The position numbers and the translations under genes were made by a program. The notes below the pieces were generated by a model. The model did no database searches, was not told the origin of the DNA, and was given only the letters and a program-made list of their open reading frames with translations. This document shows positions 43,146-55,558 of a DNA stretch of 64,000 nt, piece by piece (positions within the stretch are counted from its first letter, which is position 1; each line of letters begins with the position of its first letter). The DNA comes from Chrysomallon squamiferum (lineage: Eukaryota > Animalia > Mollusca): positions 9,176,001-9,240,000 of the forward strand of contig CM022674.1 of assembly GCA_012295275.1 (NCBI GenBank). The letters are read 5' to 3'.

Positions 43146-44075
43146 TAGTTATTTCAGTAGACAGATTATATACACACACATTTTAAAATTATATAAAATG
43201 TACTGGCAGAACATTTATATATTTTATTCATCTGGCCATATTCTCCAATAAAGATGATAATATATAATTTGAGTTAGCATATGGTTCATCTGAAATCAAG
43301 ATCTCAACTGCAAACATGTACTTATTTAAAATGTTATAAGATTCAAAAGTATAACAAAATAAAAAAGAAAACATAAAATAAATAAAAATAGAAAAAGGGG
43401 CATAACTCTTCGTTTCAGGTTTTAAATATTAATAATTATATTGATGAGTTTATATCTAGTAAATAGACGTTTTCTATTGTTGTGGCTCGGTCACAGTTTG
43501 CAGTTTGACTAAAGTCATACGAAATAAAATTCTCATTGTGATTTGGTGGCTGATTACAAGGCATCTTAAAAAGCCGCTAAGAGAACGCTGCTTTTAACGC
43601 TGATCATCGAGTGGACTAAATTTATGACGTATTTAACTATATTCTTGTGAAGGTTCTCTCTGCCTACTAGTATCTAGGCATACATTTAGGTAACATGGAA
43701 CAGTTATGTCTAGTAATCATACACGTAATTAAAACATACCATTCGTGCACAAAACCGCAGGAAAAACTTTCCTATTTCTTTATCCAGGTGGCGCTACAGT
43801 CTTTTATATGTGCCTCAAATCCAAACGAGCAGTTCTGTTACTTCAATCTTGTCTTGTGTGGTCGTTCTTCAGGTGCAACACAATACGTACGTGCACATTA
43901 TCTACACCACTCTACAATACTCTTCAGTCTTTCCAGACGTCCAAAAATAAAACGTGATAAAAACTTTAAACAAGAAATAATCTACAAATATCTTGATGAA
44001 AACTAAGCTGTTTGCCACATGTATGTAATATCTAAAATTTCAGTAATAGTTTATTTTAAAAAATAATTTAATGAA

Positions 44076-44111
<36 letters not shown>

Positions 44112-44999
44112 TTAACGATTATTAATTAAGCAAATATGTAATACGTGAAGACAACTGTTATCAGTATAAATATGGGATTTTAAAATCTTACAAAGACAGA
44201 AAACAAATATACGTATTTTGGACGGACAATTTACTGGATTAAAAAAATAATAATAATAATTAAAATATATATATATATATATATATCACGATTAATGTTT
44301 TCTATCTATCTGCCTATATAAAATTTGTTTACTGTGTCAAATTAAACCATCCAGTTTTCCGAAACATTATGTAAAGTTATTAAAATCCCACACAAATTAA
44401 AGACGGAAAGAAACAGACAATTAGATATATACTGTGTATGTATCTATATATGCTTGTTTTGCAAACAAATAATCAAATCGTAAATGTCATTTCCGGAAAT
44501 CACCTTTACTAGAGTATGACTCTTTCTTTAAAGTATTTTTTATTTCTGATAAATTAACTGAAAATGAGCTCTAAAACCTATACTACATTAATTACTGCTC
44601 CAATCAAATGCATTCCCACGTATAATCAAAACCACATAGTATTATTTAAAAACAACAAACACTTACTGTATTGGAGTAACTGTTTTTGTGCCTAAGGCCG
44701 AAACTAATTTCGGATAACTAAAAATCCTGTAAAGTGACAAGAGGATTTAATTTTGAGTAAGCGAGAGTAAAATTATTTTAAAACATGTTGCAGCAAACCA
44801 AACTTAAGATAGGTGATACGTTTAAACGAAAGAAATAAAACCTAACTATATTCGAGAAAAAAAGAAGAAAAAAAAAGAGAAGAAAACGAAAAAGAAAGAA
44901 ACAACCTGAAAAAGCAATGAATTTGGAACGAAATAAATCTAAAATGTAACGAACATACACGTATTAGTTAAATGAGAATAACAGATGTCGGAATAATGA

Positions 45000-45260
45000 C
45001 AATAAGAAATGTCTGATTAACAATATCAAAAAATATCAAGAAACGTCTAATTAATAGCAGTAAGAAATATCTGAATAAAAACAGTAAGAAATATCTAAAC
45101 AATAACAGCAAAAATATCTGAAAAGTACAGTAAGAAATATTTCTATTGTAACAATAAGAAATACCTGAATAATAAGATTTTTCGGAACAAAAACATTAAG
45201 AAATATGTGAATAATAACAATAAAGAATATCTAAATAAGAATAAGAAACCTCTGAATTTT
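45000..45260. repeat. Degenerate approx. 22-bp tandem repeat (aataagaaatatctgaataa)
   Basis: About 10 diverged copies. Confidence 0.75.
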
Positions 45261-46743
45261 ATATAATAATAATTTTATATATTATTAATAATACCAATAG
45301 AATAGATCTAAATTCAATGTGTGAAAAAAAGAAATGAATCGTCATTATTCTGAAAACAGTAACAAGAGAATTCATAAGAAATAATTAAACAGTTTAGGAA
45401 CAGGTTAAATATTAATGAAAATACAAGTAGTATTAAATTAATGACAAAAAATGAATAATTCATTAAATAAACAAAAGTATCAGGTTGTATAATTAATTAA
45501 ATGAGTGAGAATAAACTTTATATGAATTGAATCACATAGCAGGTAACTGAAAATGAAATTAAGGTTAAAAAAAGAAAAAAGAAAAAAGAAAAAAGAAATG
45601 CGATTATGAAATAAAAAAAATAGATTTATGATTATGAATAAAGGTTGTCTAAATATCTAGATATCTATAAGAGAATATGTTAATTATATATATATATAAG
45701 TACACTTTTGTAAAGGAGGATTAGAGGATTCGTCATAATTTACAGGATATCAACAGCAGTAACTTTTTCTTGAGAAATAAAAACAAAATACAAAAGAAAA
45801 AACATTAATTGTTATAAGAAAAATCATCTTTGAGTGCTTCCAATCTTTAAATCTACATGGTGCAGAACTTAGAACATGTCAAGAACATAATTTTATATTT
45901 TATTTAATTTTTTGTTTTGTTTTAAACATTTTGTTTATTAATTTTTTTTAATTAATTTGTTTAAGTCATACGAATTAATACTTTATTAGTTCTTAATTAT
46001 ATTTATATTATCTGCACGAAGCAGTTACAGTCAATATTTGTTGACTTATTTTTATTTTTATATCTTGCATATGAGAAATCGTACAAAACTGAAACGCAAA
46101 GATGGAGTTCAAATTATATTGTACCTTAAGTACGTTTGATATGTCATCGCTGAGTTTAAATGTATGTTTGATTGTTGCCATGCAAATATTTCTCCGCATA
46201 CCAACAGCAGACCGACCTCACTTATCGCTAGAGTTGTCAGGAACGTAGTCTCGAATTTCCATGAAAACGATGGGAGTGCTGATTTATGGCAAGGATATTC
46301 TTCCATGTGTAACACAATTGCTCATAATCCCTCAGAAATGGCTTTTTGAATGTACGGTTGCAATAGCTATCAAACGGCAAAAGTCAAATCGGGTAACGCT
46401 CTTCATGTTTACACCTATTTTTTTATATTCTGCATTATAGAACAAACTTACACCACAAATTTATATGTATGTGTGTATTTATGAATATATTTATTACTAG
46501 TAATAAGAACATATCATGAAAAATTATATTACGATAAAGTTATTGCAGTAGTAATTTACTTTTAATACTTGTGACCCTCACGTCTCTTTTTCTGCCTGTC
46601 TGTCTTTATCATTTTATTATATGTATGTGCATGTCTGAACGGGCGTGTATGGATTATATGCACGCACTTAGGTATGCCAGGATTCATTTCAAGTCCAACA
46701 AATTGAAACTTTCTCACAAACATAACTTTGATCTTTGCCAAAC

Positions 46744-46756
46744 AGGTCAATGACCA
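46744..46756. promoter_or_regulatory. IR1 nuclear-receptor element (EcR/FXR-RXR type)
   Basis: AGGTCAaTGACCA; motif match only. Confidence 0.35.
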
Positions 46757-47908
46757 CCGACTGGCGTCACAGGAAAAAACCAGCAGGTTCTTTATTTTGT
46801 CGTTAAAAAGAGTGTCTTTATCTGTATCTGTAATGAGACCAACTATTTAAATTACGAATTTTAAATTATCCTGTTCTCGCGGAAGTCGGCTTTTAAAGGT
46901 CTAAAGTCAAGTACAGAAATATGTAGAAAACTTACTATATACTACAATCTCGTGAATGTTTTCTCTTTCTCGCACAATCTCAAACGTCATATCTATGTTA
47001 TCTGCTGCCAGAGGAATCACATTTCATCGAGAGAGTCACCTCTAATTGTCTCTCGTATGGTTCCTGCAATTCCATTTACACGTACAACGATAGACAGCCA
47101 AGTGCTAGACTGGTTGAAAAAAACAGATGGAGAAATACAACATAGAGATAAGATTTGAATATAGCTATTTAATTGGAATCCAAGTTGTGAGTATAATTAA
47201 CAAAAAAAATCATCTCGTTGTATGATAGCCTGCTTACTCCATGGTCGAATTCAAAGGAGTAGTGATTCCAAATTATATTTTGTGAATATTATCAGTAACT
47301 ATAAATCCATATATGTGTTTGCATTATATATGTACGTGCGTATGTGCGCAAACTTGTAAATAATAGATCAAAAATGATTATAATATGTCAAGCATGAGAA
47401 AGCATTTAAATAGTGTTAATATATTTATTTATATCTCATTTGAAAGAATGTTTTATATTTATTAAGAAGAAAAGATCCAGCAATTAAAACGTTTTGACCA
47501 GTAATATTAATAATGTTACAAATCGCTGCAGCATTAGAATTTTAAAATTTTATATGGATTCCAGCAAAACAAAAATTCATTTTAATGCTCAATATTTGAG
47601 GTTATATTTCATGCACAAATCATGCACATCTGAGTAATTTAGTTAAATCTGGAAGAATCACAGAAAGTGATTTAAATCTCGACTAGTAACAGAATATTAC
47701 ACATCCTCTATCAGCTCATTCATAAATGAGAAACCTTACCTGTGTCAAAAAGAAGACTCTCGCATATCACTTGATTATTCCATCTTCTTTACTGACGTGA
47801 CGCTAGTTTAGATATTTTCTTCTCTGCTGTCTGTTCAGAGCTCGTTTCTCGACACTAGCTGAAATATGCCAATGAATAAAAAATAATATATATATAATTT
47901 CGAATTAA

Positions 47909-47939
<31 letters not shown>

Positions 47940-49479
47940 TTTTTATTTTGAACGTCTGCTTAGAAATAAATGCGATTATAAAAGTGAGATTCGTAAATTA
48001 TGTTATTTTAACTATATATTTTATATTATTCATGTTAGAAAAAAAAAGAAAAAAAGGATGATAATGAAGGAAACGACAACTACTACTGTTGCTACTATAC
48101 TATACTATTACTATTCTACATTAATAATATAAAAATTTGCGAATATAGCAGTTATCAAGAAGCAGTGTAGACTTTATTAAATATATATATACATATATTT
48201 ATGAAAGATACGTCTATGCTCTTGTTAACAGAAAATACACGTTTCAAATACATATACAAGTACTTATATTTATTTATTTATTTAATAGTTTTTATTTTTA
48301 TTATTATTATTATTTATTATTTTTTTATTTTTTTATTTTTAAGGGGGAGGGGGAGGCTTTATTTTAAAGAGAAAATACACTTACATATATTTAAAAGAAA
48401 ATAACTAATAAATAAAGATAATTTTTTTTTTTTAATAAAGGTTATGCTTATAGAAACAGTATTCAAGGTCGAAGTATATAAAGTAAACCAATATAACAAA
48501 TGTTCTAACAAAATGAAAAATAATTAAACAAAATATCTAAAAAGAAATAACCACTTGGATAAACTAAATTCAAGATACTTATAATCTGTTGTTGACAAAA
48601 CTGAACATAAACTGTTTATGCAAAAATGCTTTGTTTTAGACAAATCGCATAAAGAAAGCAGATTATAGACAGTTAGTTCCGACAATTTAATGATGTTTCT
48701 ACATACTGAATCAAGAAAAAATTACTTATTAACAATCGTTAATAATAATAATAATAATAGCAACAACAGCTGCAGCAGCAATAACAGAATAATAACAACA
48801 ATAAATAGATTTGGAAACAGAGCACTCTTAGAAAATAAGTCCAGTTGTCTGTTTAGAAACAAACTGTGTCACTACTGATGTATAAAGTTTATTCTCACAA
48901 AGAGTTGGATGTCTCAATCATAAAGTTGACAACTTTATCAAAGTCAAAAAGCAGGCATCCTATGGAGGCGATTTTATCAGCATCACTTTAAATACATTCC
49001 TAGTAACAATATCTCTGCTCCCAGCGGGCACCTGCAGCCGGGCTAAACCAATAACAACAGGCCATAATGTTATGCTGGAGTTCGCTGTGGGGAGTAAACG
49101 CCGCCAATATTTGGTTTCAGAGCAAAATTTATTTGTTTGCACTGCAGAAATTTAACTCCTATGACGCAGTAGTAAAAATACAACTAATTAATAACTGTGA
49201 TGTTGATCATACTCTTCGCAGCATTGTAAAAATATCCTTGGATAATGTTTCGTTATTATTAATTTTGTTTTCGATGTTTGTTTGTTACATAGGCTGAGGA
49301 TATCTCAAAAATGGTTTGTTTTGATAAACTGGACGGTTCGACGTTAAGAAAATTTCTAACTTTATTTTTATTAAAAACAGAAATATTTATATATCCAATG
49401 TAATGTGTAATTAACCAGTCAAAATACTATGACAAAATATTAATGTCTTCTTATAGTTAACAACAATAAATAATAAAAA

Positions 49480-49650
49480 ATAGGCAAAAAAAAAAAAACA
49501 ATAATAATAATAAGAAGAAATTAATAATAATTAAAATAAAAAAATAAAAAAAAAAAAAAAAAAAAAAAAATAAAAAAAAAAAAAAAAAAAAAAAAATAAA
49601 AAAATAAAAATAAAAATAAAGAAATAAAAAATAAAATAAATAAATAAATA
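49480..49650 (+). repeat. A-rich low-complexity tract
   Basis: Long A runs interrupted by single T. Confidence 0.9.
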
Positions 49651-52229
49651 TTATTTTAAAAATCTCAAATAAAATGCACAGAAGTAAATGATTTAAAAAC
49701 CTTTTCTTATTAATTAGACTTGGACTTTAAAGCAGTATATTTCTGTAAAAGGTAAATATGTATGAACTATAATCGATGATATTTCGAAATATATATATAT
49801 ATATATATATATATCATATAAAAAATCCTCCAATAGAAAATTATAGTTTAATAACTTAGGACAAAACTCTTTTTCTCATAATTAGTAATAGCCGATTAGA
49901 TTATTTTACCGCGATTTCACGAAACGCACAGCGATACCTAAGGTTGCCGACGATCTTTTTCTTTGTAATGAAATTCATTTATCCTGAAAGTTACAGGTAT
50001 ATATATTTGCTAAAGACAGTTGATTAAATGCCTCTGTAAGCTATGACCTCTGGATGCGCATGTAAATATTCGATCAGATGACTTCAGATCAAAAATAGCA
50101 AACAAAAGGTAATGAAATAATAATACAATTCTTTTAAAGAAATTATAATTTAAAAAAAATATATATAAATTGATTAACCGATTAATTAATTGTCCACTTT
50201 AGAATTCTGAAAAGAACACTTAATATAATTAATTTATACCTTTTTAGTATAACGTCATCTTTCATATAAAAGATTAAATACTGCTCTTCGTATTTTTTCA
50301 CTGGTTTATTGAAAATGTGAGTAATCACAGAGCATGCACTCGCTTACCTTGTAGCATACCATAAATAATAACTATCCTAAATTAATCACAAGAAAAGTAA
50401 CTAGCAGACTTTTTTAATGATGTTTTTGTTGTTCTTGTTTTGCATTACTTATTATCAATGCAATACTGGAGCAAAACCGTTTTTCCGAGGATATTTCAGA
50501 AATCTGTTAGCGAGAATTTTGGTGGATGTTTTCCGTAAATTTCCAGCCGTCGCTGTAAGTCAAGTATGTAGCAATCTGTGTGGGTTCTTTTCTGTCAAAG
50601 AAATTATTATTATTATTATTCGTAGAAGTAGTAGTAGCAATATTTTTAACGTATATTAAAAATAAAATAAATAATTACAAATATAGCCCTAATTCCATGT
50701 TATTTAATGACTTACATCTTTGATATAGTCGCAGTGAAGTAATTCAAAACATTCTTCTAGTGACGTTTTTTCTATTTATTTCTTTGTAACAATTCCATGT
50801 TGAAAAATGCAATAACTGAAGAGATTCATTGTCATTTATGAATTTTAAGTTTTTATACTTTATTATTTTTTTAAAAGAATGTACTACAAATAATTTAATA
50901 TTACTTACTTCAGATGATTAAAAATAGACGATAACGTAACATGCAGGTCAGTAAGATAATTTATAACAAACGTGATGATAACAGAAATGAAATTGATTGT
51001 GTTACACTGATGACAATTATGAGGACAAGATGATTACTGCTAAATTATTTACAGGCTCAATCGCCTTCTGGCTTGTTGGGAGTATTGAAGAAGCTACGAC
51101 CCTGTCACAATAACCCGTTCTCAAAAACTGCAGGTGCCGAGTAAAACACACGAGCAGGAAGCAGTCAGGAAAATGACGTTACTTTTTTCTAATTAGTTCC
51201 TGTGCTTGTGAATTGGGCAAATCTGATTACACACACAAGATCACTAAAAGGAAGAGTAATTTGCCAAGTGATGGCACTCCATGACAAACTGTTTCCCGCC
51301 GTGTCAAGTGCTGCACCTAGCAGAGATTCAGAATAATGTTATTTTTTGGAAAAGATAATTTTGGTTTAGAACAAACTGAAATGTCATAGTGAACTGAACA
51401 GGTTACTGCAGTCATATACTCACATTTCAGTTAATGAATATCAAACAGTAATCACGAGATGCCATATTCTTATCGGAGATACAAGGGAAATAACTTCCTT
51501 CTAAAACTCATTATTATCACCTTTATTTGTTCAGACAAGTGAATTATCTTAATATTATAATAATACCTTTTTAATGCTTTCTCAGGCTTGTAAAGGACCA
51601 GCTGTTATTTATATAAATAATACTTTATGAGAATTCCTTACAATTGTAAAAAAAAAAAAAAAAAAAAAAAAAGAAAGAAACAAATTAATAATAAATATAT
51701 CAAAACTTTTTAAAACTGACATCTCTATTTGTTAATGGTTATAGGCTTAATTGATATTTTATAATCATTTAAAAAAAACCTGGTATTGTCACATGCTACG
51801 GATTTGTTTTTCAAATTGCAACATTTATCTTTTATCCATTTTAAAGTGATGTTCATTGGCTATCTTAAAATATTTAGAAAGTGAAATTTTTCTTTATCTG
51901 GATATTTTCATCTGTTAAAAAAATATACCTTCTTTAAAAATAAAATAAAATAATTATTACTTTTAATATCATTAAAAATTCTTTGGGGATCATTCCATAA
52001 AAAAAAAAACTCAAAAGAACACATTAAAACCTCTGCAATAAGTTCAAGCACAAGACTTTTTTTATTACTATTATTTTTTTATTTGTGTTTCCTAATTTAT
52101 CCATCAAACAGTTATCATCTGGTCATGTTTATTTTTGGATTATGCATTAATTCTAGAGGCATTATAAAGAAAGATTTTGAAAAAAAATGAAAAAAAGTTC
52201 AGTCAAATTATCTTCATGACAACAAAACA

Positions 52230-53212
52230 AACATAGTAACAAACACTGTGTTTATTTAAAATACAAACACATTTCTTCAAAATATGCTAAAAATGTTTGC
52301 TTTAATCGATAATACATTGTCACTATTAAAATAGAATACTACAATTCTATTTTAAAATACCAAATAAACCCAATTTGTATTCTGTAATGCAACTTTCAAA
52401 CCTAATTGTGGATTTCTCTGTGGAACCATTTAAAATATGCTCTTCTGCATTTTCCTTCCAAGTTTCATTATGCTGTAATTTCCCCCGATATAAAATGCTA
52501 CAAGAGATACCAAAAATCTGAGATGATGAAAATTTTGTTTGACTGGAATGTTACTTGCTTGATAAATAAGTCGCATGTTGAATGTGATAATAAAAAATTA
52601 TTAAGATCACAGTAACCTGACTGTGAAAAGAAACTATTCATAGTTATGCTTTATATATCCATGAACTTAAGAAGAACAACTAGTTAATATATTGGAAGAT
52701 ATTTCAGTTTATTCTTACCAACATAATTGTGATTAAACTATTATGTCCTGAACATGATGTGAACAGTAAGGATCTTACAAAAATAAAATAAAATTAATAA
52801 GAAAATTAAAAAATACAAATTCAAGAAAAAATGTTTTGTTACGGCAGTTACTGCTTATGACATTATTTTGCTATTTATAATTAGAGATCAATCTCAATTT
52901 ACATATTTAAGTAAAGAAATATAATAAAATTAGTCATGTTAGTTTGTCAGAAATGACTCAGTCTAAGTACAGTTCAAACATAGTAATTATTAAACAACTT
53001 CTGTGACTAAAGTGTTAAAAAAACAGCATTGGTCACCATTTTTCAGTACAGTTATCAAGCTGTACTCCCAGTTACCGATATATATATATAAAAAAAATCC
53101 CGGAAAACAAACAAAACAAACCATTAAGAATGTAACCTACATTTAATTTTTGTCATAAGCCAAGTATGTTGAATATAGCATTAACCAACTGAATGAACTG
53201 TAGAAAGAAGAG

Positions 53213-53243
<31 letters not shown>

Positions 53244-54552
53244 TTCATTCTAATACACATACTTTATTAATGTGCTTGATTCTAAAAATAGAGTACATAC
53301 ATCTTAAAAAATACTCTGTATTATTTTAGTATACGATTATCAGTACATGATTTCACTTCTTTCATCTAGCAATACTGTAATAATGCAGATCACTGCCAGT
53401 TTGGGTAAATGACTACTGACAGATTGAACTAATTGACTGTTTCAAGTTTTGTTATTTATACATCAACATTATTCTGTGACCTTTCTAGGATCATTTGAAA
53501 ATATTAATTAAAAATCAGACCTTAAAAATATTAATCAGTAGCAAAGATATTATGAAATGGACTAACGGAAAATGTTCAAAGTAACAAAGTTAAAATCTAG
53601 TTACTTAATATGTGAATTTAAAAGAAAGAGATTAATGCAGAAAAGCTGAACATCTTCTCCAAGTCTAAATAAAAATTACTGATATCTAATGAAAAATATA
53701 TGAACTAATTTTCATGTTTACTGAAATTTACTATTTATTAAAACTCTTTGGAGTGTATGTAATTTGAATAAAGTTCTGCAAAAATTACAGTGTTTACCGC
53801 AAACCTTTCTCGTCAGACAAGTAGTCCATTGTTTATTTACTTTACTGCTGCTTTTGTTTTGTTTTTATTTATTTAAGAACTGACAAGTGGCTATATATAT
53901 TACCTGAATTTAATATGTGCACAAAATATCATTTATTATTACAGAATCTAAACTTGATACAATCTTTCTTAGGTAAAGAAATATGTTTGAAAAAATTCCT
54001 GCAAAATGCAATGTAAAAAAAAAAAAAAAAAAAAAAAAAACGAAGAAAAGATCAGAAAGTTACCAATTTTGTAACTATAATTCCAAAATAGCCATCTATC
54101 TACTGAAAACAATTTATCACAGATGCTTAAGACTTTTTTCACCTTTGCCACCTTTAGCACAGCCCTCTACACTGAGCAATGTAAGATTAACTGTATTTGT
54201 ATCCAGGGCTTCAAGATTATATTATGTAACAGAATAACCCTGTATTGTTAATCACATTATCCACAACCTCCATAGCACTGAATATATGCAGCTTGCGAGT
54301 CTTTAAGGCAAACAACAAGCACAATTCCTTTCAAACTGTGCTATCTGATAGTTTAATATTCAGTGACAAGTAACAAGCTTAGATGACATCCCATATCCAA
54401 ACAGGAAGAGCCCAAGCTGTTACAAAGACAACTCACATGACGTGGTTTAGCACTCACTGTTTGAAAATAACAAAACATTTCCAGTATTCTAAATCGGTGT
54501 AGTTTGTCTAACAAAAAGACATCAATCCATCAAAAAGCAAGACCAGCTAACT
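52230..54552 (-). other. Probable 3' UTR of GIGYF; 3' end uncertain
   Basis: Directly follows the stop codon. There are several minus-strand AATAAA sites (plus-strand TTTATT, e.g. about 53263 and 52251); the true cleavage site cannot be chosen from sequence alone. Confidence 0.4.
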
Positions 54553-54738
54553 TCAGTCTAATGGGTCAATTTCTCCAGCATTGACACGGTTCTGACTGGC
54601 ATGGACCGTGAATCCCAAAATGCTCTGGTCTATCTTTTGCATCTTTTTCTTCTTTTTGCCTTTTGCTTTCTCTACATCTGCGAGTGCTGTGCGAGTCTCT
54701 TTGGGGTTGACAGCGGGTGCAGGGCCCCAGATGCTGTC
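54553..54738 (-). CDS. GIGYF2: GIGYF1/2 orthologue, last coding exon with stop
   Basis: ttgcag|GAC AGC...GAC TGA; DSIWGPAPAVNP...KGKKKKKMQKIDQSILGFTVHASQNRVNAGEIDPLD*, the hallmark GIGYF terminus (KKKKM.K.D.S.LGF.V.A...R.N.GEI). Confidence 0.96.
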   Translation of the reverse strand, partial: DSIWGPAPAVNPKETRTALADVEKAKGKKKKKMQKIDQSILGFTVHASQNRVNAGEIDPLD

Positions 54739-54984
54739 CTGCAAAGAAAAATAAAAATGTCCAATTCATTCACATATTGGTATTATTTTTGTAATCAAAG
54801 TGGCACATTTCTAATTTTGAAGTGGTTGGTCAAAATGTCAAAGCCAAAAAAAAAAAAAATTAAAAAAGTTTTTTTTTAAACAATACAATTATTTAACTTT
54901 TTTTTTCTTCTTTTTGTCACATTTAAACTAGTAACGATTACTTTAAAAAGTTTGATAAACCAAGTTAAAGAAGTTTTAATTAAC

Positions 54985-55107
54985 CTCCTCCTGTTGCTTT
55001 TCCAGTCTAGCTTTATTCTTGTAATGACTTCTTTTCTCCAGAAACTGACGGGCAAAATCTGATGTTTGTTTCGATTCCCCAAGATATGACTTCACATAGT
55101 CATGAAC
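54985..55107 (-). CDS. GIGYF2: GIGYF1/2 orthologue, penultimate coding exon
   Basis: gtccag|GTT CAT...GAG GAG|gttaat; 123 nt; VHDYVKSYLGESKQTSDFARQFLEKRSHYKNKARLEKQQEE (HDY..YLG...FA.QFLE.R motif). Confidence 0.95.
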
Positions 55108-55511
55108 CTGGACAACATTATGTTTTAATAAAAGATAGTAAAAAAACAAATAAAATTACTAATATGTAAAAAACTACATTGCTTTGGTGACTGTTCAAGA
55201 TATAATTTCTAAACACTGAACTGGGAATATTTTTACATTTACTTTTAAACAAAAACAAAATCAACTTTCAGCAATAGCCAAGTTTATTTGTACAATCCTG
55301 AATGTTCAAATTTTAAACTGATCACACAACTATATTACAAATGCAACAATTTAACAAAAATAGCTCAATATAAAAGTTTATTTATAATTTTAAATCCTTG
55401 GACTTTAACTCTTGGTGCCTGTTTGTCTGACAAAAAAGCCACCTATTTCCACTCCACTCCCCCACGCAACACACACACACAATCACTCACTCACACATGC
55501 ATGGTTCTTAC

Positions 55512-55558
55512 CTCATATGGTGATTCAACATCTTGTAAAAAGGCAATGAAAGTGGGCA
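55512..55558 (-). CDS. GIGYF2: GIGYF1/2 orthologue, coding exon
   Basis: tttcag|TG CCC ACT...TAT GAG|gtaaga; 47 nt, phase 1-0; (V)PTFIAFLQDVESPYE, matching the GIGYF motif DVPTFV.FL.EVESPYEV. Confidence 0.95.

Noticed and set aside
43695-44006. 103-aa ORF at the CpG boundary
   Set aside because: No domain similarity recognised; more likely promoter or UTR sequence.
1-52000. Conserved bilaterian or molluscan miRNAs, tRNAs and rRNA
   Set aside because: No match to mature sequences I can recall and no convincing pre-miRNA or cloverleaf seen by eye; an Infernal or MirMachine scan would be decisive.
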